Positions 31,042 to 42,548 of a stretch of DNA of 64,000 bases are shown piece after piece. The stretch lies in the IMG/VR virus record IMGVR_UViG_3300033121_002154, positions 28,908 through 92,907 of that record; one strand, 5' to 3'. The position numbers and the translations under genes are program-made. The notes below the pieces were generated by a model. That model had not been told where the DNA came from. It ran no database searches and saw only the letters and a list, made by a program, of their open reading frames with translations. Source of the DNA: a virus. Its lineage: Duplodnaviria; Caudoviricetes. How positions within the stretch are numbered: position 1 is the stretch's first letter; every line of letters starts with the position of its first letter.

Positions 31042-33485
31042 TTTATCTAAATAATTATAATTGACAAAAATTTTTTCGAATATCCTTTAAAGTATTTATA
31101 GTTAAAAATCTATCACCAACAATTTTATTATAAAATTTTTGTTCATATTCATCTTCATCTAATTCATCATCATAATTGTCTAAACCCCGTTCGTCAACTG
31201 GAATATCAATTGAACCACCAATAATATATTTATTATAATGTTCTATTAATTCTTGGATAATATCAAAAAACTGCCAATCTTTTAAACTACTTTTACAATA
31301 TTTAATACCAGTACAATAATTAATATAAGGATAATCTCCCTTGACAATACTATTTTTAACAAAATCTTCTATTTTAATTTCCCAATAAGTATTCTTTATT
31401 CTAAATGAACAAATGATACTCATATTTCCATTAATATTTAATAAAATATTTGCCCATACTCCTGAAGTTTCAATTAAATATTTATTATTAAAATCAGCAT
31501 ACATATTTTACTGCCTTTCCATTATTAAACATTTCAAGATGAATACAAACATTAATACTACAAAGGTAATCTGCTAAATCTCTATCAATTTTTGATAAAC
31601 CACGATTTAATGAACCATATTTATTCATAATATTCCATTCATCTGTTTCACCATCATAATACCAAAAAGTTATATCAGAACATTTTTTCATTTCACTTTC
31701 AGTTAATTGATCAGTTGATCTTAATTGCAATTGACACTCTGATATATTAGCTTCTTCATTAAAATATTTAACATCTTCAGCAACTAAAATATCATATTGA
31801 ACTTCTCTAAAAAGTTTAATATTTCCATCAACAAAATTTAATGAATGAATATCCCAAAGTTTATTTTTGTAAATAATTTTTGCATTAGGATAATGAAATA
31901 AATCATCAAATTCTAATTTTTCTATTTTTATTTTTTGTTTCAAAGTTTTGTTTAATATTTTTATTAATCCATTTTTTCGAAACTTCTTACAGTAATTTCC
32001 CTCATTTCAAAAAATTCAAGATGATAAAAACAATCTTCATATGTAGAATTATCTGAATATAAATTGGATATAAATTTTATTCCTAAGTATCTATTATCTA
32101 TATCATAGACATCAATAGATGTTTCATAATGTCGATATTTTTCAACTTCCAAATTCCATCCTACAAGTTTTGAATTATGTTCAAAATATTCAATCCATAT
32201 ATCTTCAGGTAGGCATTCTAACCAATCACATTCATTTTGTAAAATTTTTTTACTATTTAATTTTTCTAACAACTTATCAAATCTATCCATTCTTCTTTTA
32301 ATTTTTTTTTATTAAGTTCAATTTTTAATTCTTCTAAAAATTCATTAGCTAATTTTTCAGTCGCATATTGAGCATGTTGTTTTCCCAACCAAAATCCTGT
32401 CCAAAGAATATCATCTTTATATTGAGGATAATACATATCTTTAATATGTTTTACACGAAATTTTCTATTTTTATTATATTTCATTCTCTTCAAAATTTAT
32501 AAAAGCATCTCTGTCATAAAATGCAGCTTTATAAAAAATATTTGCTCTAATTTTACCTTCATCATCAATTAAATTGCTCCACATTGAATGGTCAGTTGCT
32601 GTTAATTTCCAATCTTTTGGTAATATAACATCATAAAACAATGCATCATCATCTTTCTTTCTGTCTAAAATTAATATCCCCATAGACTGATATTTTTCTC
32701 TAATATCTATTCCATATGGTGAATTTACTTTTATAGGAAGTTGAGAGGAATTTACTAATTCTCTTTGACCTGCTGTTTCTTGCGCCTCAATAGCTCCAGG
32801 ATTTCCACCACCTAACCATTCAGGATTAGGATTTTTTGTTGTATCTGTTATTTTATTCATTTTTATTTTTTTTAATAAATTGTTTAAAAATTGTTTAATA
32901 CTTTTAGATTTTTTTGGTATATTTTTTTTAATAATTAATATATCATTTTCTAATTCTATAACTTTTTTTTTATTTTCAATAATTAATTTTCTTGCTTCTT
33001 CTATATCATATACTGTTATTGGCTTAAAATCTTTTCTTGTAATATTCCAAATGTATATTGTGTCTTTATTAAAAACATTCATCATTATCATATCCTTCAA
33101 ATAAATGATAATCACGTTTTTCTCTATCTGTTAAATCTTCTTTTCTACCACATGGATCATTCCACGGTTTTCTTGGATCATCACCGTCAAATCCATTATG
33201 CGGTGCGAATGGATTATCTTTTTCCATTGGATCATTCCACGGTTGTGTTGGATCTGTATTTAATGGTTCACTCATTTTTATTCCTTTCATTTTTATTTTT
33301 TTGTAATATTTTTAATGGATATTTAGAAACAAATAAAATATTTTCTTCATATTTAATTCGACAATAGGCATAACCAACAAATTTATTCTGTATAAAATTT
33401 GTGACCAAAAAACCATTATCATTCATATAAACTTTATCTCCATCATGAATAACTTTAGGTTCAAAAATTTTAATTTTTTCCATTT

Positions 33486-34490
33486 TTAAACATTTAAATG
33501 TTTGCAATCATATTTACTGCAAATTATACATGGCATTTTTACTCTATTATCAGTCCTGTTTTCATTATTAAACATTTTTCTATACTGAATAAATCCCCTA
33601 AAATTTCCACACCAGCCATTCTCATATGCCATTTGATTTTCAAAAGCATATTTAGCATTACCATGTGAACCTTCATATTCAGATTCATTCATAACTTTTG
33701 CACAATGTTCAAAAGCACTCCAATGTCCTGATTCTAATAATCTATCATGAAGTTTTAAATCTGCATTATAATCATCTTTGCCTTCAAATGAATTATAACT
33801 TATTCTGGCACATCTGGCTGTTGATATTTCTATTTTAGTAAAAACTCTTATTTCTTTAGAAGATTCTTCTACACTTTCATTCATTGTTGCTTCTTTAACA
33901 TCCCTTTTTATACATTCCCATAATCTATCTTCATCAAATGTATCACCAAATGGTATATGCCATTGACCTTCTTTTAATTTTTCCGGAATTGATTTGTTAT
34001 ATTCAATTAACATTTTATTAGCTAAATCTTGTAAATGAATATCTGCTGCTTCATTGGCTCGTAAAGCAAAAAAGTTTTTAAATTCAGTAGCAGTTACTAA
34101 AACCGTGTGCCACATAAAAGGTTCTAATAGTCTATTACATAATTGTTTTGTAACCCCATATTCAGTTAAGTGTTCAGCCATTGTTATGGCTAAATCTCTT
34201 GCATCCAACCATTTTTGTTTACATTTATCCCATTCATGAGGGTGTTCAAAGTATTCTGTTCCCTGCATTCCTGTATGTTCTTTCATCCATTTAATTGGAA
34301 TAAATGGATTTGTTTTTACCATTTCTAACATTTTGTTAAATGGAATTGCTCTTGAACTTGCTGAATTACGTGAAAACATTCTATGAGTATTAAATTCCGC
34401 CAAAATATATCTGGGAAATGTTAATACAAATGTAGTAATTCTATTACCTCTTACATCTGCTGAATCTTTTATTATTTTTGCACTAATCAT
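33486..34490 (-). CDS. thyX: FAD-dependent thymidylate synthase
   Basis: AEFNTHR.FSRNSASSRAIP, NRLLEP, ARCARISY, H.SAFEH. Confidence 0.9.
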   Translation of the reverse strand: MISAKIIKDSADVRGNRITTFVLTFPRYILAEFNTHRMFSRNSASSRAIPFNKMLEMVKTNPFIPIKWMKEHTGMQGTEYFEHPHEWDKCKQKWLDARDLAITMAEHLTEYGVTKQLCNRLLEPFMWHTVLVTATEFKNFFALRANEAADIHLQDLANKMLIEYNKSIPEKLKEGQWHIPFGDTFDEDRLWECIKRDVKEATMNESVEESSKEIRVFTKIEISTARCARISYNSFEGKDDYNADLKLHDRLLESGHWSAFEHCAKVMNESEYEGSHGNAKYAFENQMAYENGWCGNFRGFIQYRKMFNNENRTDNRVKMPCIICSKYDCKHLNV

Positions 34491-35798
34491 ATTTTTTTAT
34501 TAAATTATTTTTATAATTCAGAATCAGAATCATATATACACTTAAATTTTAAAATTCTTTCTGTTTCTTTATTTTCAACTATTAATGTCATTTCTTTTGT
34601 TGCATCTGAATTATAGTCTACTATATCTACCATATTATTATTTTTCAAATAATTTTCCCATGCAATATCTGACATACCATCTTCAAATATATAGTTTAAA
34701 AATTTATTATAAGAAACATCTGGCAATTTATGTTCTGAACCATCATCAAATTTTATTTTTATTATTGTACTCATTTTTTAATTTTTAATTTTTATTTATT
34801 TGATCCGTTATGTATATTTGTTTACCCCAACAACTTAAGTATATAGGAACATTATTTTTATTAACATATACAGTAATGAACGTTTCTTTATTATTTAAAG
34901 ATTTAATAAATTTATTTAACTTGCGTTTTGACCATTTCTTTTTTAATCCTTTTAAATACTTGCTATATGAAAATTCAATATTCTTTTTCATTTCTTATTT
35001 TACTTTTATTTATAATCTTGTATTTTTTAACATTGCAACAAAATATGTATAATAATCTGCAAATTTACTAATTTCTTCAATAAATAATTTAGCTGACTTT
35101 TCTGATGTAAATTTTAATCCTTGATAATATGAGAATTTATAAGAATTTATCATTAATTTTTTAAAATTATCATTAAAATAAATTACATAAAACATTTCAT
35201 TTTCTTTTTCATATTGCTGATTACAAAATTCAGCTAATTTATTTAATTCTGAATTTATAAATGATTCTTCCCATAAATTAATATCTTTTGGCAATGCTAA
35301 AATAAATTTATTTGTATTTTTTGTCTCTGTTTCTATTTTAAACCGTTTTGGGCGAAGACGTATATAAGATTCATGATAATTTAAAATTAATTCATCATCT
35401 ATTTTCCACTGCCAATTTTGAAAATGTTTAGTTCCTGGTGTTCCAGCAGGAATAAAATCAAAACCTTTATAGAAATCTTTTTTTGTTTGAACTGATATTA
35501 TATCTGCTTGAGCTGTTAATGTATCTTCCATAATATTTTAAATTTTCTTTTATAAAATTTAAGTTAAATAATTTTTTTTATAATATTCTAAAAATTTTTT
35601 TATTAATTCAGCACTTGTTAAACCTTCATTACAATCACCATTTGCTCTATTATTCCACCAAATTCCATTATTTAATTTATAGCTATTCAATTCAAGCCAT
35701 TCAGTTAATTTTTCTAATATTTGTTTTTCTTCTTCCATTATACTTTTTAAAATTAATCTTTAAAGGTTTTCATTTTATAAATAAATATAAAAAATTAA

Positions 35799-35815
35799 TA
35801 TTACTTAAATATTAT
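35799..35815 (-). promoter_or_regulatory. direct-repeat promoter box (variant)
   Basis: TATTAC-TTAAA-TATTAT. Confidence 0.5.
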
Positions 35816-36390
35816 TTAATAAGCTTATAAAACATTTTTAAAAAATTTTTTTCTACTTGTTTATGTGATAATTTATTCTTACTTTTATTTAAAAATAAAT
35901 TATTATATTCCCAAATTAATACTTTATCATCTATCTTTTTTAAACATTTTTTCATAGGATAATTAAAATTAAACTTTTTTGCTATTAAAGACATTAATTT
36001 AATTTCTACAAGTTTATAATTACCAAGTTTATATTTTATTGGACGTGGCATATCAAGTACGTAGGCTTCACTTGCATCATGCATAAGAGCATCTAATTTA
36101 TCTTCTTTTTTAGCCATTTTAGCACACATCATTGAATGTTGTGCTACCGAATAAAAATTTGGTAATTGGCCTCCAAATCTACATTGATGAGAAAGTGAAT
36201 GTGCAATATCTTCTATGCAAATCATATCTTCTGTTGGTTCAAAAACATTTATATAAAGTCCTGTATATGTTCTTATGTGATCAGTTTTGAAAATATTTCT
36301 TTTTCTAGTTTTAAATTTAACAACTTTATCCCAATTTTTAGGTTTTTGTAATTGAAATTTTGTAATACTTATAATTTCTTTTTTATTCAT
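35812..36390 (-). CDS. HD-domain 5'-deoxynucleotidase (YfdR/YfbR-like)
   Basis: DIAHSLS..CRF.G...YSVAQHS...ALMHDASEAY..D.P.P.K. Confidence 0.85.
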   Translation of the reverse strand: MNKKEIISITKFQLQKPKNWDKVVKFKTRKRNIFKTDHIRTYTGLYINVFEPTEDMICIEDIAHSLSHQCRFGGQLPNFYSVAQHSMMCAKMAKKEDKLDALMHDASEAYVLDMPRPIKYKLGNYKLVEIKLMSLIAKKFNFNYPMKKCLKKIDDKVLIWEYNNLFLNKSKNKLSHKQVEKNFLKMFYKLIK

Positions 36391-36391
36391 T

Positions 36392-36667
36392 TTATTTTCT
36401 ATATTTAATTAATAATTCTTTATTTGAAATTAATTTTAAAATATTTTCATCATTAAAAATTTTTTGACCAGATTTTCTAATTAAATCAATATCTTTTTCA
36501 ACCCAATCTGCATATATACACCAATCATTATTATAACCTTTTACTGCAACCTATTTTAATAAATCACCTTCTCTATTATCAGTCAAATAAACCCCTTCAG
36601 ATGTATTTGGAATTAATCCAACTTCAAATATTCCGGGCTCCAATAATGTAAATTCTTCTAAAGTCAT
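36392..36667 (-). pseudogene. 91-codon ORF interrupted by one in-frame TAG (36551-36553)
   Basis: MTLEEF...LLK*VAVKGYNNDWCIY...KYRK fills the intergenic gap in one frame. Confidence 0.6.
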
Positions 36668-37405
36668 ATTTTAAATATTTATTTTTAAAAACCTAATTGT
36701 CTCATTCTATTGTCAAAATCTGGTATTGAAGATTTAAAATTAATTATATTATTTAATATTTGTATAATTTTCAATTCAAAATTATTAACAAATTTTTCAA
36801 GATAATTCTGATTTACAATGCCATATATTTTACATTTAAAGCCATATCGTAAGTCAATAATTTCTTTTTTGAAATAATTACAATATCCAAATAAACAAGA
36901 AAATAATTCTTCAATTTCGGGTATGTCTTTTTCATTAAGTTTTATTATTGTAGAAACTTCTATAAAAATTTCAAATTCAAAAGACGCTTTAACTTCTTTA
37001 CATTCACTAATATCCAATAAAAGACTTTTAATATTTCTAGAATTTAAAAAGCCAATTTTATTTCTGTAATTTTTTTTGAAAAATTTTATTTTTCATTTTT
37101 TAATTTTGTATTTTTTTAAAAAATTTCTTTTTTTATCTTTATAAATTATTAACATTATTCTTAACCAAGGATATATTTTTAAAGTCCAAACTGTCAAAAT
37201 AATCCCCAATGCGATTCCAAGAATTATACAAGCATACTGTTCTTTCATTTTTATTTAAAAATTTAATATTAAAAAATTTCTATGAATGATTTTTTCATTT
37301 CTTTTTCATCTAAATTTACCCAAATTCAATTGGCAAAATTTATGGCATTTGTTCTATTATTCATATTATAAAATTATTTTAATTTATATAATATAATAAA
37401 TTTAA

Positions 37406-37422
37406 TATTACTTCAATATTAC
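37406..37422 (-). promoter_or_regulatory. direct-repeat promoter box
   Basis: TATTAC-TTCAA-TATTAC. Confidence 0.7.
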
Positions 37423-38465
37423 TTCATAAAAATAGTCCAATGGCTCCCGGTATTCATTTCATAAGTTAATAATTTACTTTTTCTTGCTATTTTTAATTTT
37501 AATGCACCTGAATCATCATCAAATACTAATATTTCTTTTTTCTTTTTTACTTCTTTTTCTAAATTTTTAATCATTTTATCTGTTATTTTTATAGAATCTA
37601 TATCATCCATCGACCTCGACATATCATAATGTCCCATTTTAATTTTCCTTTATATTATTTTTTAAATTTTTTATAAAGTAAGAAACAGCTATTTTAAAAT
37701 CTTTATTAGAAACTTTTTTCTTATAAGAATCTCTAATAATTTTAAGCATTTTAATATGCTTTTCTAATTTATCCATTTAAATTATTTATTGTTTTGATTT
37801 ATTTTTACCCAAAATCAATTCTACTGTATGTGCTTTTTCATTTTTTTTATAATTTTTATATGCTTTTTTACATGAAGTTATTACTACTGGTTTGTCTTTA
37901 TCTCTATCTTCTTTATTTTTATAAATATAAAATGTTGTTTGTTCAACAAAATACATTCCATTTATTTCTTCCTCTTTTATCATGAATTATTAATTTTTAA
38001 AATATTCTTTATATTTTTTATAACATCATCAGATAATTGTTTTTTTGTATCTAATTGAAAATTTATTATATGCAACAATGATACATATTCATCACTATCT
38101 TTTATTGCATTCCACTTTCCGGTATAAAGTTTTTTCATTTTAAATAATAAAATGAATATTATTACGAGTAAAATAATTAATAATAATGTCATAATTTAGT
38201 TTTAATTTTTAAAATTAATTGATCTTTTTCAAATATATCAAATTCCAATTTTGGAACTTCACCTGTAAATACTATATCAACCTTACCTTCAGTTGTATCT
38301 ATTAACAAATGATTTCCAACTTGTTTAAATGATTTATATGTATATCTATCTTTAAAATTAATTATTATATCTTTTTGAAGATTTTTCCAATCATTGGAAT
38401 GACCTTTTGAAAATAATATTTCATGACCTTTTCTAATCTTTGCATTAATTTTAATTTTTTTAAAT

Positions 38466-38569
38466 AAATCATTGAGAAGAGCGTTAATACCAGGGGCCAA
38501 GCCCCCGGTGTAGAATCGAACTACTTAATAACTTTTACCAAACCTCCTATGGGACTCTCTCAATGATTT
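38466..38569 (-). ncRNA. putative structured RNA with a tRNA T-arm and closed GC-rich hairpin
   Basis: Terminal helix AAAUCAUUGAGAGAG/CUCUUCUCAAUGAUUU; GUAG-UUCGAUU-CUAC; ACCGGGGGC-UUG-GCCCCUGGU. Confidence 0.6.
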
Positions 38570-39382
38570 TAATTTTAAAATAAATTAATAAATCCCTTAT
38601 AATCTGGATATTTATTATTTATAATTATAAATGCTCTTTTATCAGCATCTTCTTCAAGGAAATCTTCAATAATAAATGATTCAAAAAATCTAACCGATGA
38701 TGACATCCCGCTGCGTAATAAAACACCATTTAAATTAGTATAAATAAATGGTTCATAATAAAATCTCTTTTTCTTTATTAAATGCAATTTATAAAGAAAT
38801 TTATAAAAAAATCTAAGAATTTTTAATTTCATATTTTATTTTTCATTATTAATGTCAATTTTTCCTATTATATAAAAATCTTTTAAAAGAGAATATTTAA
38901 TCTCCATTAATTCTAAAAGTTTCTTAACTTCAGGAGTATTATTAAGTTTAATGGTTGCTTCCCCTGTTTTCTCATCAATTTTAATAAGCGATCCAACAGT
39001 TATTCCCAAATACCTAACAATGGAATTTTCTTTATTTAATTTTTTAATAGCCAATTTCTTAATTTATATAAATTTTTAATAAAAAAATTATAATTATCTT
39101 CTATGGGCTGTTCTTTTGTAGCTATTTGTTCAACCATTTTATTTGGTTTTTGATTATAAAAACTCTTCCAAAAATCATGCATAGCTTCTCCAGGTGTATC
39201 ACCAAAACCAATTATTGCATTATTCGGAAGTTCACCATATATCCAACAATATTGATTTCCCTCTTGCATAAATTTTGCGCCAAGTGTACTTACAAGATCA
39301 ATTCGCTCTTTTTCATATACAGCATTTGACATATCACTAACTAAATTAGAGACATTATTTTGATTTATATCTAAATACATAA

Positions 39383-39874
39383 TTAATTTTTTATTTTTTT
39401 AATTGAGATTAATGCATTTGGTCTATCCAAAAGATTATCCTGGAATGTTTTATTATCCAAAATTTTTTGTTCATCCCACAACTTATGTAAATCATCATTA
39501 GACGGATATCCGTCAGGAAAGATATGACAAAATTGATCTATATCTATTGTATCAATATTATTTTTTGCAGACCAATATTGCAAATATGTAAGATACATTA
39601 CAGCAATTGCAGGATTTGCTGACAAATAACTTAACCATAATATTACATCATTAGTTAAATTATAATCATATAAAACAGACAATCTTTTTTCTATTAACTT
39701 AAATAAAAATGGTTTTTCTTCTTCTTCTAATTTTATATTTTTTAAACTATTAATTAATATTGATGCCAATAATTTTGTATGTACAAAATCCATCGGATGT
39801 TGCTGCAATTTTGAAAATTTTTCACAAAAAACATTTTCAATTGAATTTTCTTTTATTTCGGCTTCTTTTATCAT
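39383..39874 (-). CDS. hypothetical protein, paralog of 40328-40759
   Basis: Shared VILWL...YL.YLQ.WS..NN...I.I..FC.IFP.GYP...DL.K. Confidence 0.75.
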   Translation of the reverse strand: MIKEAEIKENSIENVFCEKFSKLQQHPMDFVHTKLLASILINSLKNIKLEEEEKPFLFKLIEKRLSVLYDYNLTNDVILWLSYLSANPAIAVMYLTYLQYWSAKNNIDTIDIDQFCHIFPDGYPSNDDLHKLWDEQKILDNKTFQDNLLDRPNALISIKKIKN

Positions 39875-40310
39875 TTAAATTAAAATTTTTTCAATATTGT
39901 AACATTTGAAACAATGTAAAATTTGATTTATATATACGCCCATAAATCCATCAGGTTCAGGTAAATTTCTATTACATTTTTGACAAAATGTTTTTGCTGG
40001 TAATTCCGGTAATTCTGGCAGTTGATATTCTAATTCAGAAATTATTTTTAACAAAGTTTTTTCAATCTTCATTTTTTTTAAATAACCAAGTAATGATAAT
40101 GTAAATTCTTTACGAAATTCTTCCGTTGCAACATTGGGAAATAAAAAAACATTTTGTGCATCTTCAATTTTATATTTTTCCATAAAATCTTCCATCATCA
40201 TCTCTTCTAAATTTCTATGTAAAATTCTTGAATCTAAATTTTTTATTCCAAGAAAATATCCAAATTTCATAATTTTTTATTTTTTTAATTATAATAATAT
40301 AAATAATATA

Positions 40311-40327
40311 TATTACTTAAATATTAC
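40311..40327 (-). promoter_or_regulatory. direct-repeat promoter box
   Basis: TATTAC-TTAAA-TATTAC upstream of ATG 40270. Confidence 0.75.
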
Positions 40328-40759
40328 TTAATTAATAGTCATTGAATAATATTGTGATGTTAAAATTTCATTTATTTTGAGTAAATCACTTTTTAATGGG
40401 TAACCTTTAGGAAAAATATTACAAAAATCTAAAATATTTATTACATCTTTATTATTTATTTTTGACCATTGCTGTAAATAATCCAAATAAATTTTTGCAT
40501 AAATTTCATTTTCACATATCCAACATAACCACAAAATTACACTATTTTCAAGTGTAAAACTATATTCATCTTTTAGTTTCTTTTCAATTATATAAAAAAG
40601 TGGTATTTTATTTTCTTCTTTTAGATATAAATCACCATCTTTCATATAACTTAAAACCAAATTTCCAAGTAGCTCAGAATCTTCCTCGGTTAATGGAATT
40701 TTTGTTGTGAAATCTTTTATTTCATTATAAATAATTTTTTTCAATTTTGCTTTATTCAT
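40328..40759 (-). CDS. hypothetical protein, paralog of 39383-39874
   Basis: Shared C-terminal pattern with 39383-39874. Confidence 0.75.
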   Translation of the reverse strand: MNKAKLKKIIYNEIKDFTTKIPLTEEDSELLGNLVLSYMKDGDLYLKEENKIPLFYIIEKKLKDEYSFTLENSVILWLCWICENEIYAKIYLDYLQQWSKINNKDVINILDFCNIFPKGYPLKSDLLKINEILTSQYYSMTIN

Positions 40760-41395
40760 AAACGTTTGGCCTCGCCTTCTTTAATTGTTATATCATGTTT
40801 TTCATATGTGCATATATCAATTTCATATTTTTTACGATATTCATCAAATATTTTATCAGCTTTTGCAGGTGTTTTTGCATTTACTATAACAATATTCATT
40901 TTGATGCCAACATTCCATATATAATAAAATATTCTTTTTTTCATTTATTTTTTAATTGGAAATTTTTGTGAATATGCTGTATTCAAATATACTGCTTTAT
41001 TTTTTTCAATACTATCAAGCACATAAATTTCATTATAATAAACATTATTTATATCATTTTTTTCAAAATATTCATCAAATATTTTTTTTGATTTTTCAAT
41101 ATTCTTTGCTTTAATAACAACAATATTTACACCGGCACTATTAAACCATTTGTAATAAAATGTTTTCATTTTTATTTTAATTTTAAAGTTTATAAAAAAT
41201 TGAATTTTCTTCTTCAAATTCTTTTAAAACTTTTGCTCTTTCTTCTTCTGTATTAAAAAAATCTCTTGTTCTCCCACCATCTTCCCATTCCCATTCAATT
41301 CCAAATTTTCCATTATCAGTTTCAAATATATCAGAAATATATTTTTCCATTTTAGTTCTTATTTAATTTTTTAATAATTTAATATAATAATAATA

Positions 41396-41412
41396 TGTTA
41401 CTTTAATATTAC
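41396..41412 (-). promoter_or_regulatory. direct-repeat promoter box
   Basis: TGTTAC-TTTAA-TATTAC. Confidence 0.75.
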
Positions 41413-41415
41413 TTT

Positions 41416-42150
41416 TTAAATAATACCTTCAAATATTAATGCAGGATTTAACCCTGCATTTAACTTCCAATTATCCCATTCTTCCTGAGTAATTATTTTA
41501 AAATCACGTTTTTTACAATCTGTTATAACTTCATCATAAGAACATTCAATTATTTGTCTACATATTTCGCCTGATTTATTGTAGGCAATGTACCCATATA
41601 CATAATTTCCAGTCGAATATTCAGATCCCCGTCTTCTTTCTCCGGCGGGTTTTGATATTGATGCTAATCGGGATTTTATTAATGCAATCCCTTTATAATG
41701 CCTGAATATGTCAAAATATTCCCTTTTCGGAGTTTCATACTCTCTGAATTTGCAGAACTCAAACTTTACAGTTTTTGTTCCGTCCACATTTTCCACTGCT
41801 TTTCGCTCTGTTGTTGAACAAATCACAGTATACCCCTCACCCTGTAGTAGATTTACAAGATAATGAGTATAACACATTTCACCCATTACCATAACCACAG
41901 TGTTCTGATTGTTATGATAAAGCGGAAAGTCTTTTAAAGACTTTTCCGAATCCCTTCTATTGAAAGGTTTTATCAAATCTTCCAAAGTGGATATATGGGA
42001 ATACTTTACAGTATCCCAATCAGGGTTTATATTTGGAAATGGAAGATCGATTATTTCTTCTGCCATTTCCAAAGCAGCTGTTTTTTGCTTTTCACCCCAT
42101 TTATCGGAGGGATGGTTGGAAATATTAAGAAAATATTTCATTTTATTCAT
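41416..42150 (-). CDS. Csx20/Csx15-like CRISPR-associated Rossmann (ring-nuclease-like) domain plus C-terminal extension
   Basis: N.SNHPS.KW...Q..AA...IIDLPFPNI.P...MGEM.....V..L...G.....STTER...E..DG.K...F.F..FREY. Confidence 0.65.
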   Translation of the reverse strand: MNKMKYFLNISNHPSDKWGEKQKTAALEMAEEIIDLPFPNINPDWDTVKYSHISTLEDLIKPFNRRDSEKSLKDFPLYHNNQNTVVMVMGEMCYTHYLVNLLQGEGYTVICSTTERKAVENVDGTKTVKFEFCKFREYETPKREYFDIFRHYKGIALIKSRLASISKPAGERRRGSEYSTGNYVYGYIAYNKSGEICRQIIECSYDEVITDCKKRDFKIITQEEWDNWKLNAGLNPALIFEGII

Positions 42151-42487
42151 TTTTATTTAATTTAATTATTAATTAAGCCCAATTTTCAAAAGCAATAGCT
42201 TCTTTATCTAATAATACTTTCATTGCAATTTTCCCGTAAAAAAATTTATCATCAGTATTTGCATTTATAAAAACATATTGCCCATTTTCTTTATCAATAT
42301 ATTGATACCGACTTATCCATTCACCATCATTTACTATACAATATCTATAACCATTTTTAAGTTGAGTAACTTTTGTTAATATTTTACCAACACAAACATC
42401 TTCATCATTTAACTGCAACCACGATTTACTATAAACTTTTGAGTTTCCCATTTTTATTTTTTTAATTATTATAATATAATAATAATA

Positions 42488-42504
42488 TGTTACTTTAATA
42501 TTAC
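42488..42504 (-). promoter_or_regulatory. direct-repeat promoter box with TATAAT 14 nt downstream
   Basis: TGTTAC-TTTAA-TATTAC; attata at 42468-42473; ATG 42451. Confidence 0.8.
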
Positions 42505-42548
42505 TTTTATATATCAATAATATTTATATAAATAAAGAGGAGTAAATA

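Noticed and set aside
22924-36390. Z-base (diaminopurine) genome
   Set aside because: DUF550 and HD hydrolases are present but there is no purZ-like gene in the window; insufficient evidence.
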